NCBI GenBank assembly: GCA_001642005.1
Contig: LWCA01000182.1
Span: forward strand, 1-43,515
DNA length: 43,515 nt
Source: Intoshia linei
Taxonomy: Eukaryota > Animalia > Orthonectida
Reading direction: 5' to 3'
In this document: positions 22,338 to 35,181 of the stretch, piece after piece
Numbering within the stretch: the first letter of the stretch is position 1
Layout: every line of letters starts with the position of its first letter
The notes under the pieces: model-generated
The model's input: the letters and a program-made list of their open reading frames with translations, nothing else
The model's database searches: none
Told to the model about the DNA's origin: nothing
Position numbers and translations under genes: made by a program

Positions 22338-25300
22338 TCAAGTTACAATACTCAAGAGTTTTCTCTTTTTTCTTTTCAGCTTGACATTTTCAACTTCAAT
22401 GTCGCATATGGTATTTGTTCGATCCTGATATGCTTCTTTTAACATTTCAATGGTGCGTAGGTTGAAAGAGTAACTATTCTAATCAATGTATAATTAATGG
22501 ATAAAAATCAATTAACCCAGCGAGTGTGTAATATTTTTGTAATGTGTAATTTTGCATTTTCAATTAATGCAATATTGCTTTTCTTATTTACAATTTCATG
22601 TTGATTCATTCTAAAAAATAATTTTAAAAAATTATTGGAACTTACCTAATTAAAAATAATATTCCTTTGATAGCCAATTCTTTGTCACAACAGTTTTTAA
22701 TTAAATTTGGTAATAATTCTAGAATCAGTAAGCCGTAAGGTGAAAAAGGAATAGATAATAAAGATTCATACATGTATCTAAAATTATTGATAGTATCAGT
22801 CTTATGTAAAATTACGCTGGTTTTATATTTCCGAAACATGTAACAATGTAATCCATTATATTGTCTGTTCCGTATTGTTTTATCGATGCTTCATTCTAAT
22901 TTTCATTATTAACAATAAATTAGTTATTGGAACCTTGAAAGCATCAATACCATTTTTTATAAATATATCTAGAGAGTCAATTAAAGTTTCTGCCTAAAAA
23001 CGCATGAAAAGAGTATTATAAAATATTTACGTTTCTAACAGTTTCAATAGATTTTCGTGAAGCTATATTAAATATAGTTTCGTAACTTTCTCCAGGGACC
23101 TAATAAATTAGATTAAAATAATCATGAAAAGAAAACAAAATCACAATCATAATACATAATAAATTGTTTATAAATGCATTTAACCATTTGTAAAGTATAA
23201 ATCACAATTTAAAGTCACAACGTTAATAAATCATCAACTGTCAAACGTAGAAAACACTTAGCATTACACTTAATGTGCAAGTTGTATATAGTTTTTACGT
23301 TATTGTATTACATTATGACATATATGAGAAATGGGGTGTTTCCAAAATCACAAATATAAAACTATTAACGCAATTAATAGGTTGTATAAAAATCTATATC
23401 AAAGAGTAGCTAAGAAATTAATACTCTAATACAGTGGTTCTCAATGTGGGCGGTAACGCCTCGGGCAATTTAAAAATTTAGGGCGATACAGGCAATATTA
23501 TTGTTAATGAAAAATTTCTAAATTGATGAAATTACTGTAATATTAGTTATTTAAAAAACAGAAATCTGCATATTACGCTTACAAAAAATTGTCTTTATAT
23601 ACTATTCTATTTAATGATTTACTATTTAGTACTCATTTTTTAATTAAAACATAATTTTGATAAAATATTTACTAATTAAAAAAATTATTTAATTATTTAA
23701 TTTCAGTTGTAAAAATGGATTTTAATTATTTTGTATTACAATGTATATTTTATTGTAATTCAACCTTTAATTTAAAGGTTTTATCTTTTGTTTCTAATTT
23801 TAAATTATCTATAACGCTAAAAAAATATTTTTCTAAATCCCAAGAATGGCGAATTGTGGAGAGAATTCTGTATATCGTTTTAAAAGAGATTTAATTGACG
23901 TACACTAGCAAATTGATCCGAATGCCGGATATTATAATTAAAACAATATCTTTGGAACAATTTGTTACAAAATCGTCTTTTCGAATAAAAATATCACATC
24001 AAACTGAAAAAATTAAGTTTATGTAATACATTTTCAAATTAATAAAAAATTTGTAAATTTATGGTATACAGTAAAACCATGTTTTTGGGTAGAAAAGACT
24101 GAAAGAATTAGGTTATTAAATGACTGAAAAAATTAACATTCATCACTTGATTACACAAAAGTAATACAATTTCTATTTTATTCGAGATATTGTTCCTTCA
24201 CTCGTTGCATACATTATAAAACGTTTTTGTTCAGATCACTTTTTATCATATGGGCATTTAATTTAGCTATTTCTATTTTATGTCCTAATTTAATTTTTGT
24301 AAAAAAATAAAATGCCAAAAACAAGGTGTATTTGACATTAAGTGATAGGAAATAGTACAAAACACTATAAAAAATTATTTAATTTATTGACTCAAAAAAC
24401 AGGGGTGCCCGCTTCCGAGGTTCGCTCCACACGAGGTCGGACTGTAATACAAATTCATGTACAATACAACCAATATCATAATACATTTTCAAATGTTAGC
24501 GGCATACATGCTGGAAAGCATTACCCTAAAGGGTAAAGTAAAATCGAAAACTTATATGAATAATAAAAATTTTCATGATATATTTTTCATAAATAAATTT
24601 ACTGTTAAACATTATTTAACCGACAGACCCCTGCTTTAGAAGAGTTATATAATATTATTTAATTAAAAAAGAATAGGCGATACATAACAAACATAAAACT
24701 GTCATATGCTCAATTTCAACAATAACATCTTAAACCCATTTTCATGACCTAAAATCTAACACTCAAAAATTACATCAAAAAAGTTTTCTTTATTGATTTC
24801 ATCCTCTTCGTCCTCATTTCTTTTCTAAATATGAATGGAATCAATAAAAAATAAAATATAAAGCAGTGTTTCTCAAAAATTTTAACGTACAATGAAAATA
24901 ATAAAAATTTCATTTTTTAAGTACTTTAGTGTAGTATAAGATTTTACAATGAAAAAGTGCAAATTTAAAAAAAATTTCATGTAACTAAGCTTTTGCGAAA
25001 ACTACATTGCTAGTTTTCAATTTTTCGATGAGGACACATAAACATTTCTGGGCGCACTAATGCAATAGGCAGCATCAATTGAGAAACACTACTTTAGAAA
25101 AACAAAACCTTTTCTTCTTCATCCTTAATAGACAATATCTCGGTAGTTTCATTCCATACATGAAGAGATCCATCATGTGACGTGGAAACAACCCATTTTC
25201 CACTTAAATCCACATCTATTGACCAAACCGGTCCAAAATGACCCTAAAATTAATAATTAAAAATACAATACTTGGTACCTTAAAAATTTGTATGCATTCG

Positions 25301-27042
25301 AACGTATCTGCATCCCACTGCTTAACGATATTATCCCTACCAGCAGAAAAAAATCTGGTAGTTTTTCCGACAAATCGACAAACCATGACACTGTCTTCAT
25401 GTGCAACAATGGAACGTCGACAATCTCCAAAATCCATTCCCCAAACATTGACTCTCCTATCCTGAGAAGCAGAAATTAAAATGCGCGAATCAAAAGAAAA
25501 ATCAACGCAATTGATAGGTAAGGTATGTCTGTACATAGTAAGGTATAATTTAAGACTATCCGTGTAAAATATTTTTAAGTTGTTATCGTCCAAAGCTACA
25601 GCAATATATTTTTTATCTTTACTAATGTTTCCAAAAATTATAGATTTTTGCAACTCTAATGTACGAATTTGATTTAAGGTAATATCATCATTTTCACTAA
25701 TCAATAATTCCCAACATTTTACAGATTTATCGTGACTAAAACTAATGAAATTTGATGAACCAAATGAAACAATTGAACTCACAGGTCCATTATGACATCT
25801 AGATGAATAGACACATTCTTCAGTAGCAAAATTTAAAATTTCTAATAATCCAAGTTTTGTACTGACTAAAACATAATTTCCACCTTTTAAAATAGCAAAA
25901 CAGGTGGCGAATTTACAAGCAACCTTTTTAGTGTACATGAGAGTTTCTTTATTCCACACTTTTATTGAATTTTGAGCCATAGATATAATATCATTTTTAT
26001 AAAATTTCACACGCCTAGCCTCAGAACGATGACCATACAATTTAAAATGATGATTAAAATCACAAGTCTCCTTTGAAAATGAGACGGAAGAAACATAATT
26101 AGATTTTGAAAGAACATACAATTTAATCTCTAAATTTGAATCGGTTTGAATATCAAATTGACACACCTTGTGAGGGAACATTATAGGTTCTCTTCTAGAA
26201 AAAATTAGGGGTTCATGACATTTATTTGATTTAAATTTTCTTTTTTTCTTTTTAAATTGAGTTTCATTTAAAATGTTAAAAATTTCAATCATTTTTCCAT
26301 TACTATGAACAAAGAGCATTTTTTCATCTCGATCCATATTTAAAGAGGTTCCGTTGCCTTTAGACATAATTTCCAATTTTCCCGCCTCCTCTAATTTTCC
26401 TTCATTATATTTCCACAGTTTTAAAATTTCATTTGAAAAAGAAACCAAAATATTAAAATTTTCGATATAAACAAAATTCCAAATTTCTGAAATGTCGGCA
26501 ACGATACTGTAATTACAAAAATAGTTTACAGCGTCCCAAACTTTTATTTGACAGTCTTTAGAACTAGAAAATAAAATGTTTCCATTTTTACTGAATCTTA
26601 GTTGAGTTATAGCTCCCTTGTGCCCTTTAAGTTTAATTATACCACACTCGCCTACAATGTCCCATAATATTATAAAAGTATCTTGTCCACCACTAGCCAA
26701 TACTGAATCGTTATAATTAAAGTTTAATGCGGTGATAATTGATTTGTGACCATTCACATTGAATGAAGGTTCAGCATTGTTTCTGAAAAAATTTATTGAT
26801 CCATTGCAATAAGCTACAGCTATATAGTTACTAATAAAACCTTGTCTAATTAAACAAATTTCATGTCTGTTTCCCATATAATATCCTTTTTTTGTTCCAG
26901 TTCTCAAATCCCATCTTACAGCATGAACTCCATTTGATGTAATTACTTCATTTTTTGTAACAATAATATTTGCTCGATGACTTCCTATTATTCCAAAAAT
27001 TCCATACAATTCATATCTGTAGTATTCTCGAGCTAATACCAT
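22338..27042 (-). CDS. WDR3: WD repeat-containing protein 3 (Utp12/Dip2, SSU processome)
   Basis: Exon 1 (27042-25279) carries WD40 repeats with GHRSEAR, ALDDNNLKIFYTDSLKLYLTMYRHTLP, WGMDFGDCRRSIVAHEDSVM. Downstream small exons give the Utp12 domain (RKSIETVRNAE, ESLLSIPFS, ELAIKGILFLIR) and a KRKKRKLL tail; TGA 22340-22338. Confidence 0.95.
24864..25091. mobile_element. hAT-type MITE in a WDR3 intron
   Basis: CAGTGTTTCTCAA ... TTGAGAAACACTA inverted termini; no clear TSD. Confidence 0.5.
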
Positions 27043-27291
27043 ATTTTATGTGTGAACGATAATTAAAAATTTTATTCAAAAAAAAGTAACATGGAAAAAC
27101 TTATGAAATTAAAGTTCAAGTTTAACATGGAAACGGACATATTGAGAAAATGTAATTATTTTCCAACCAAACTCAAAATTCCCAGTTTGAGAATATGTAT
27201 GATTGTGTTAGCTAATATATCATGGGCCTTTTCTAGTTTAGCCCCGTAAAATTGAAATTGAAATATAATTTTATTTATTTTACAATATATG

Positions 27292-29922
27292 TACAGTAGA
27301 TTCTCGTTTATAAGTACACTCGCTATTAAGTACACATCGTTATTCGATCCATTAAATTTAACAATAACTCGAGTACAAGTTTATTCTAATAGCTATTTGA
27401 AAACTTCATATTAAATATTTAGGTTCTATGGTTCAGCATCGTCCGTATATAATCGTTAGTTGTAATTATAGTTAATTAAAGATATTACTGTTTTGCGTGG
27501 TCGTTTGTAATCATCAGCTACCTTTTGGTATGATTTACCATCTTCAATTTCATTCAAAGTTAGAAAATAAATTTATAGCAATTCTTGGTTTAATACACAT
27601 AATTAAACTGAAAATAAGCAGAGTTTGAGTTATAATTTATTTTAATTTAGCGGAATTACTTCACTCAGCAACAATTTCAAAATAGATGTTTTATTGCTGT
27701 ACTTAATAACGAGATACTTAATTTAAGTCTTAAACTAAAATTAAAATTTTGCAATTTATTATTAAACTGAGACATGTGAGCCATAGAAAAATTTTGAAAC
27801 TAATAGAAATTTTTATTTTATGAAATCTCAATATTTCTAAATTATGACATTGATAAAATAATAAAATTATAAATAATCGCTGTCTTTGAAATTTTCTCTT
27901 ATTTTAAACAAAATTACATTTTGGTATAGAGCAGTGATTCCCAACGTGGGGCATAGAAAATTTGAGTGGATTTTGTGAAAATTTTTCAAAAATCAAAATC
28001 TAAACTTTGATAAATTCGCATATTAATTGCAAAAAAATTCACCCGACTTACCATAAAAAACTAGTTGACAATATTTACATTATCACTCACACTCATAATT
28101 ATCAAAAAAGGAATTAAATAATACAGGTATTTGACATGTATGATTAATGTTTCGCGTTAATAATTTATTATAAATTAATTAGGTATAAATACAATTATAT
28201 TATTAGATTTTGAATATTTAAAATGGATATCTCGTCTTTAATGAAACCAAAAAAAAGGAAAACACGGCAATATTCTGAAAGTTTTTTGTCATTTGGATTG
28301 ATTAAATCGGTGAACGATAGCTCTGCGCCATTCTGTTTGTTGTGTCAACAGACATTAACAAATGAATCAATGAAATCAGGACGTCTTGAAGCACATCTAA
28401 AAGTTAAACATCCTTCTTGTGTAAAACCAACGTTAGAATATTTTAAAACTAAGAAATACAAATTTGAAAATCGTAATAAAATTACTACTTTTATTTTCAC
28501 AAACATCCAAAATCAATAGTAGCCTTGAGGCCACTTATAAAATTGCTTTATTAATAGCGAAACATAAAAAAATCATACTATTGGAGAAGATCTAATAAAG
28601 TCAGCAATATCTATATTTGTTAAAGACGTTTTGAAAATTGATGATCGAAATGTTCTCGATATGCCACTAAGCAACAATACAATTAGCAGAAGAATTGATG
28701 AAATGGGTGAAGATATTGAAACACAACTTGTTGAAAAGCTGAAATCACGCAATTTCTCAATTTAAATGAATGAATCAACTCTCAGGAACAATGAGGTCGT
28801 TTTGCTAGCATATGTAAGGTATATTAATAAAGGTAAATTCGCTGAAGAGATGTTATTCTGTAAATCATTAGAGACCACTACCATTGATATATTCAAAAAA
28901 CTTAAAAACTACTTAGATGTCAATAATATATCAATACAAAATATAACGTCTTGTGCTGCTGATGTTATGATGGGAAAAAAAATGGATGTTTAAAAATGAT
29001 GAAAGATGAGAATCCGGAAATGCTTATTGTGCATTGTGTTATTCATAGAGAAAACTTAATGTCAAAAAAATGTCTCCTGTTCTTAATGAAGTAATGCAAT
29101 CGGTTATAAAGTGTATCAATTATATCAAAGCTGATGGCAAACGTGATCGTCTATTCAAGTCAAGTCCAAGTCATCGTTTAATTGAAAAGTCAGAAATGAA
29201 GAATCTGCTTACTATTGATGGTAAAGCATTTTTAAGTTATTTGGCAGATATATTTGAAAAGATTAATATGTTGAATAAGCAGCTTCAAGGAATGGATAAA
29301 ACTCTTGTTGATGCAAAGTCGAAAATATTTGGCTTCGTTACTTTATTATACTATATATATTTAAAATTGTTTGATCAGTTTTATTATTTAAAGAAGTGTG
29401 AGGTAACTGATGCTGCTGTACTTGTAATAATTGATCATTTGAAATTATTAGCTTCTGATTTAAAACATATTGAATTTCCAGTATGGATGTTTGTGATGAG
29501 ACAGAAAATAAATACCCTGTTTCAACTAGTTATGCAAAAAAATTGTTGTTACCTTTCCCTTCTTCATCTTAGCAGAATATGGATACAGTGCAATTAGTGA
29601 TCTATTGATTAAGAAAAGAAAAGTTGGGCATAATTAATAGAGGAGACCTGCGTTTAAAGATTACAAAAATGGTGCCTCAAATAGAAAAACTTTGCAAAAA
29701 ACACTAAACTCAAAAATCACATTAATTCATTAATTAAATTTTAATTTAATGTTTTACCCCATTTTGTTGCGCACTAATATATATGCATAAAAAAATCTAG
29801 TAGCACACTGCTATAGAAATATTTGATCAAATTATGGTAGGGCGTAAAAATTTTGTAAGGATAAAAGTGGGGCATAACACATAAAAGGTTGGGAAACACT
29901 GGTATAGAGAGAATCAACTGTA
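27292..29922 (-). mobile_element. pogo/Tigger-like relic hosting the hAT insertion
   Basis: TA-CAGTAGATTCTC at 27292 and GAGAATCAACTG-TA at 29909-29922 form inverted termini. Minus-strand peptide TLNEIEDGKSYQKVADDYKRPRKTV (~27560-27485) resembles a pogo HTH-psq domain. Confidence 0.5.
27932..29901 (+). mobile_element. Decayed hAT transposon, Buster/Charlie group (ZBED5/SCAND3/FAM200-like transposase)
   Basis: TIRs CAGTGATTCCCAACGT / AGGTTGGGAAACACTG; perfect 8-bp TSD GTATAGAG (27924-27931, 29902-29909) with central TA. Transposase fragments: BED finger CLLC...MKSGRLEAHLKVKH, HTIGEDLIK, PLSNNTISRRI, NEST (for DEST), HCVIHRE, YLADIF. Multiple frameshifts and stops. Confidence 0.93.
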
Positions 29923-31366
29923 CTTTATGATTTTCAATATTGTTCACTAGAGGTTCCAAAATTTTAAAAATTAAGTGCTGCATTGGAAAAAGTTGAGTAA
30001 TTAATCAAAAATAAATAATAAGACAATACAAAAATATAATTAATGTAAATTAGATAAAAACGCTTTCCATTATAAATGATCCCATATAGAAATATTCTAA
30101 AAAATTAAAATATTAACTTTATTTAATGGAATGTTACCATCGAATGTGCTCGTTTACTTTTTATTTATCGTAAATAAATTTTATCGATGTTTACATTCTT
30201 ATAATTTTTCATTGATAAAAATTTTCACTAAAACAAATATAAATGAGGCAGAATTGAATTTAAAAATGATAAGTAAACAACCAAACATAACGATCAAGAT
30301 AAGACCAATCAAAACATAGCTACAGACTGTAGCCTACAGTATCTCATCACAACATTCCAACAAATAAAGTTATATTTTAGTTTTTGTAGAACATTTTTGT
30401 ATGAAATTTTTGAAATAGCAAACTTCTGCCTAAAAAATTCTCCAAAATCATTTTTTTTATTGTACTATTACCATAAAACTGTCATACGCGACTTTATTCG
30501 TTCCGGCACAATAAAACTTGCAAAAAAATAACTAAAGATTATACACTTGTTTACATTGTTAATAAATTAAAAAGTCGGCTCTCGACAGAGCTAGCTGCTG
30601 TTTCACCAAGTATACACAAATAAATAATATATACACAAATAATCCTAATCATAATTACGACCATCGACTTTATTTCACAAGTTTTTTATCAAGTGAACTG
30701 ATTCAGTCATAATTTATTTTTTTATAATGGTATCAAAGTTAATGCAGTATCAAGATTACGAATATTGCAATTTTGTAATGTAAATAAATTAAAATGAGTA
30801 AAACAAAGTTTAAATTCAACATATATGCAGATGTCCTTGAAATTATTACACAAACAGTATACATTTTAAATATTGTGTGTAAATTGTTAACAAACGTAGT
30901 GTCATTAAAAAATAACTCTAATACTCTGCAAAAAGATTTTAATAATTAAATTAATTATTATCATCTGAATTTGAGCAAGGTAAATTATTTTAAAAATGTA
31001 AATGTAGTTTACCAACTTTTAAACCGCAATGCAAACTTTACCTTTCATCAAAAATGTTATTAAAATATGCCTTCAATTAAATAAATAGTATTGTTTATTC
31101 AAAGTTTGCATATAACAAGTAAATACTGATATTTAAATTTCTTATTTTTAAGAGTCTAAAAATTAATTCATACCCATTTGATTCTATATTTGAAAATTTG
31201 TATCGCTAAATAAATATCAATAAATACAATATCACGTTAGGTAATATTTTACTAAGATTGATAACGAAAATACCACTTGACTTTGAAATTTGGCTATATT
31301 TCAATTTTATTGGGCAATTTTTCAATGTCATTTGAATTTATAGCTCTAAATTTACACTATTTTTAG

Positions 31367-31840
31367 ATGGCTCAACGAAAAGATCAAAAACGCAAAGAAA
31401 TGCGTCCAATAAGTATGCCTGTTTATGCAAAATTTAAGGACGAAGAAGATCAATATGATGATAAAAATTCAAAAAAGGTTAAATTTTTAATGCCAAATAT
31501 CAAAGTCGCCATTAGTACCAGAAAAAATCCGAAATCCATTAGAGCTGATCTTAGAAAAAAACGACAAACTGCTGATGTGGCTTCATTTAATTTCATGAAA
31601 TCTAACGACCCTCAACATTACCATTGCTTTGCATATCGTAGAAACCAATGTGAACGTCTTTCACTTTCAGAACGACCTCTTTCAACTGTAGAATTATCTG
31701 CTATTGCAGACTATCCATCCAAACATATTGACAGACCTCCTACTCCTCCACCAATTTCTTCAAATGCATACGCCTCCAATAATTTACACTTTTATATACA
31801 AGCATTCGGAAGCAATGAACCAATCACTGAAAATGATTAA
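31367..31840 (+). CDS. Single-coding-exon orphan protein, 157 aa, basic/Ser-Pro-rich, probably disordered
   Basis: Clean ORF with GC clearly above its flanks; ATG directly follows a TTTTTAG acceptor, with a candidate GTAAT donor at 31241 (5'-UTR intron). Confidence 0.65.
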   Translation: MAQRKDQKRKEMRPISMPVYAKFKDEEDQYDDKNSKKVKFLMPNIKVAISTRKNPKSIRADLRKKRQTADVASFNFMKSNDPQHYHCFAYRRNQCERLSLSERPLSTVELSAIADYPSKHIDRPPTPPPISSNAYASNNLHFYIQAFGSNEPITEND

Positions 31841-32399
31841 ATTATACTTTTTTACATTTGTTTCATTATGAAATCAATTGTATCTATTTATATTAAAATT
31901 TAATTATTATTTTTCATATATTCATTATTTTCATTTTTTATTTTTTAAAACAATTCAACAGATTCTTGAAATAATTATCCAGTATTTGTCAGCTCAAATA
32001 GGGCCATCCCTATTTGACAATATTAAGTCACACTCATAGATATACTTAAACTTTAAAATGACACAAGTTAGTACTCTCAACCTGGATAAATTAAAGAGAA
32101 TACTGTACATAGATTTTTGTCATTGTCATTTTTACAAGTAATCAGCGATTTAATACGGAACTAGTTATTAAATTATGAAAATATTAATTTATAAGAATTG
32201 AGTAATCGATATGTAATAACTTATTACTAATAATATTATAACTAATAAGTTATATTATGCATCATAAAGTAATACCCAAATGTAGAATAACTCAAAAATT
32301 TTTGACTAAAAGGTATGGTACTTTTTTATGTTAAATATCATTAACATTAGAAATGTATTATTTTAAAAATTAATATTTTAAATCTAATATATAGTCCGA

Positions 32400-33130
32400 T
32401 CCCGTCTTGGGTCAAATTTTTGTGTTATAATAATATAATAAAATATTCAAATGCATTGTAATAAATATAAAAACGATAATAACAAAGTTGTATTACTTTT
32501 AGTAATTCGTTGTTATAGTTTTAATTTAAATTTTAAACAAAATGTTTTAAAAATGAATCAAAAATTGCGTAGCAATGAAGAAAATCCCGAATGAATCAAT
32601 TATATAGATTTTACTTTTTCATTTTTAATTTTAATCCAAAATTTAAAAAATATTGTTTGATAATATATTAAAAATTATGTTTCACCGGAAACGCATAGAC
32701 TAATGGGGTTGAAATTTTGTATTTATATCAAATGGAATAAGCTCTATCAGAAAAATGTTTTTTTAATTGTAAAAATATTAAATATTTTAAATTTTTTGTT
32801 TTAATAATTTAGTTTCGGAATAAAAAAAAATAAATATTAAAGTACCTTTTTGACCGTGAAGCCGTCACTTATTCGGATTGAAATTTTCGGATGTGTGTCT
32901 TAACAGGATACAACTGTACCACATGTAATTTATTTTAAATTATAGGGCTGTTTTTATTTAAAAAAAAAGTAATGTAGGTTTTGATCGTGAAAATTAATTT
33001 TTTGAGGTTTCCATCTATGCTAGTGTTTATGATTTTAAAAACTATCCCAGAATTTATGTTTTATTAAATTTTTGGTGTTTATTTTTTGTGTGTTAAATTT
33101 ATAAATTAAATGGTTATACACACAAACCAA
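32400..33130 (-). mobile_element. Helitron-family fragment, reverse orientation
   Basis: Reverse complement of segments in 18450-18900 and 8270-8700, e.g. TTAACAGGATACAACTGTACCAC vs GTGGTACAATTGTATCCTGTTAA. Related fragments at ~30520-30610, ~36190-36620 and ~43320-43440. Boundaries approximate. Confidence 0.6.
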
Positions 33131-33239
33131 CACACCTAATTAAATTAAAAATATATTTATTTATTCTTGTAATGCCAAAATTAAATTATTCTAGTAAATT
33201 AGAAATTGCAAAATTATTAAAAAATGGGAAGTATTTTAT

Positions 33240-33610
33240 TTGTCAGTATTTAATTAGACAGAAACAGAACAGAAACTGACAGTATTTTAATAAAAAATTT
33301 TCAGTATTTTCAATAAAAATTGTCAGTATAAATATTAAAATGTCAGTAATAAAATTATTTTGTCCGTATTCAATTACATATTTGTCCGTATATACTGTAG
33401 TCAAGGATATACTAAAAGTATATTTAAAGTACTGACAAAATAATTTTTTTACTGCTCTTCCAATTTAAATACTGACAATAAATTATTTATACTGACACCT
33501 AGTCAACTGGCACCTAAAATACTGAAAATTTATTATATTAACTGACAATTTAATATTTTTACTACAAACTATTTAAAATACTGACACTTTAGTGATTAAA
33601 ATACTGACGC
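33240..33610. repeat. Bidirectional ~20-bp-period array of TGTCAGTA / TACTGACA motifs
   Basis: TGTC(A/C)GTA at 33241, 33321, 33341, 33361, 33382; the reverse complement TACTGAC at about 33430, 33470, 33490, 33579, 33602, plus degenerate copies. Confidence 0.75.
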
Positions 33611-34514
33611 TATAAATTTATAAATATTATAAAAATATACAGGCCTTAAAAAATGGTAAATTATCAGAAAGAAAACTATCCGAAATGTTTAAAACTAAAT
33701 AATAATAAAAACGAGAATAGATAATATTTTAATATATTACATATTGATATTTATGTATATTTGTATAGTTAAAATCATTAATGTTTATAATATGCTTTGT
33801 GGGTAACATGCGCAATTATGTCGCGTTTGTATCATCCCATACAATTTAATAATAATGTGTATAATATATTATTTAATTTTATTGATTAAAATCAACAAAT
33901 GTTGCTACTAATGTAATTTGTATACACTTTGTATACTAAATTACCAATTACATTAAGTATATTGTAAAGAAAGATGTGACGATCTGGGTGCTTTAAAGTT
34001 TTTTCTTCCTTGTATTAATTCCTTATACAAGGCATTGTATCTTTTTTTGTCACTTATACGCCTCATTTACTAAACAAATAGTTATATTTGATTAATATAT
34101 CATTAGTAATTCATTATGTTTTAGTTTTTATGTGTAGGGACCTAAGACTTATGTCGGCCACTGTACAGTGTACACCTTAAATCAGTGACGTCCATTCTCT
34201 GGAGCGATGTAATGGTGGAATATACAGTATATATAGGTGTAGTATACATTTTAGAGCTACATAATCATTGATTTTAACACGAAATTTTAATGAGTTTCTT
34301 TATTTATATTTTTATAATCTTATATTCATAATTTGAGATCAAAATTTTGTAGGATTTTTAAAGGAATACTTTTTCTACCATTTTTAAAATATTTTGATAA
34401 TAAATTTGGAACTAACATTTTGTAAGGCTTGTAAGAGAATATTTTTTCTACCATTATCAATAAAAAATGATAATTTTTAATAAATAATAAAAATTTTAAA
34501 CATTGATACAGTGT

Positions 34515-35115
34515 TGTGCACTGATATAAATACTATTGTGCAATGCACAAATATATTAATAGTATTAACCTTAAGGTTTAAGCTGTCATTGGGTTAGGTT
34601 ACTATTTTTTCATCTATTTATGCACCTTTGTTCATCTATCTAAGCCGTTTTAATCTTTGATATATGCGCTTTTGGGAATTTCAGATTATGTTGATACCAA
34701 ACTATAAAAGAGAGGGCTTATTTCGATTTTTTTAACCAAACCGTAAAAGGGAATTTAAAAATAAAAAACAAAAATTCCCCCTCAAGGTTTTGGTAATAAT
34801 ATAATCTAAAATTTCCACTTAAAGGTTTAAGTTAATTTTTTTTCATCTATACATGCACTTCTGTTCATTTATATAACCACTTTTGTTCTTCCATATATGC
34901 ACTTTTGTTCATCTATTTATGCATCTTTGGAAATTTCAGATTATTTTTTTACAGAATATAAAATCGAGTTTATTTAGATTTTTTCAACCATCCCTAAAGG
35001 AGAAGTTAAAAATAAAACATACATTTAAGGTTTGCTAAAAAATATAATTTGAAAATTCCCCTTCAAGGGTTATGTTAATTTTTTTATTTGGTAACTATTT
35101 TATTAACAGTGCACA
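34515..35115. repeat. Element with short inverted termini and an internal ~235-bp tandem duplication containing ~21-bp subrepeats
   Basis: TGTGCACTG ... CAGTGCACA termini; 34606-34840 aligns with 34841-35075; subunit TTGTTCATCTATTTATGCAC. Confidence 0.55.
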
Positions 35116-35181
35116 TAACTTAAAAAGGTAAAAAAAACTACTATATCTATAATAAGTTATGTTTAATATTGACACAACTAA

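Noticed and set aside
22338-23100. Separate gene between CNT and WDR3
   Set aside because: The exons translate as the Utp12 C-terminal domain and join WDR3 in frame through the exon near 24775-24825.
25238-25479. Antisense or alternative-frame ORFs over WDR3, and similar ones at 560-880, 2877-3074, 5938-6141 and 21863-22075
   Set aside because: Shadow frames of real coding exons.
33240-33610. CRISPR-like reading of the repeat-spacer arrays (also 11585-11746 and 7685-7890)
   Set aside because: Repeats are short or degenerate, spacers are low-complexity, orientation flips, there are no cas genes and the context is a spliced eukaryotic genome.
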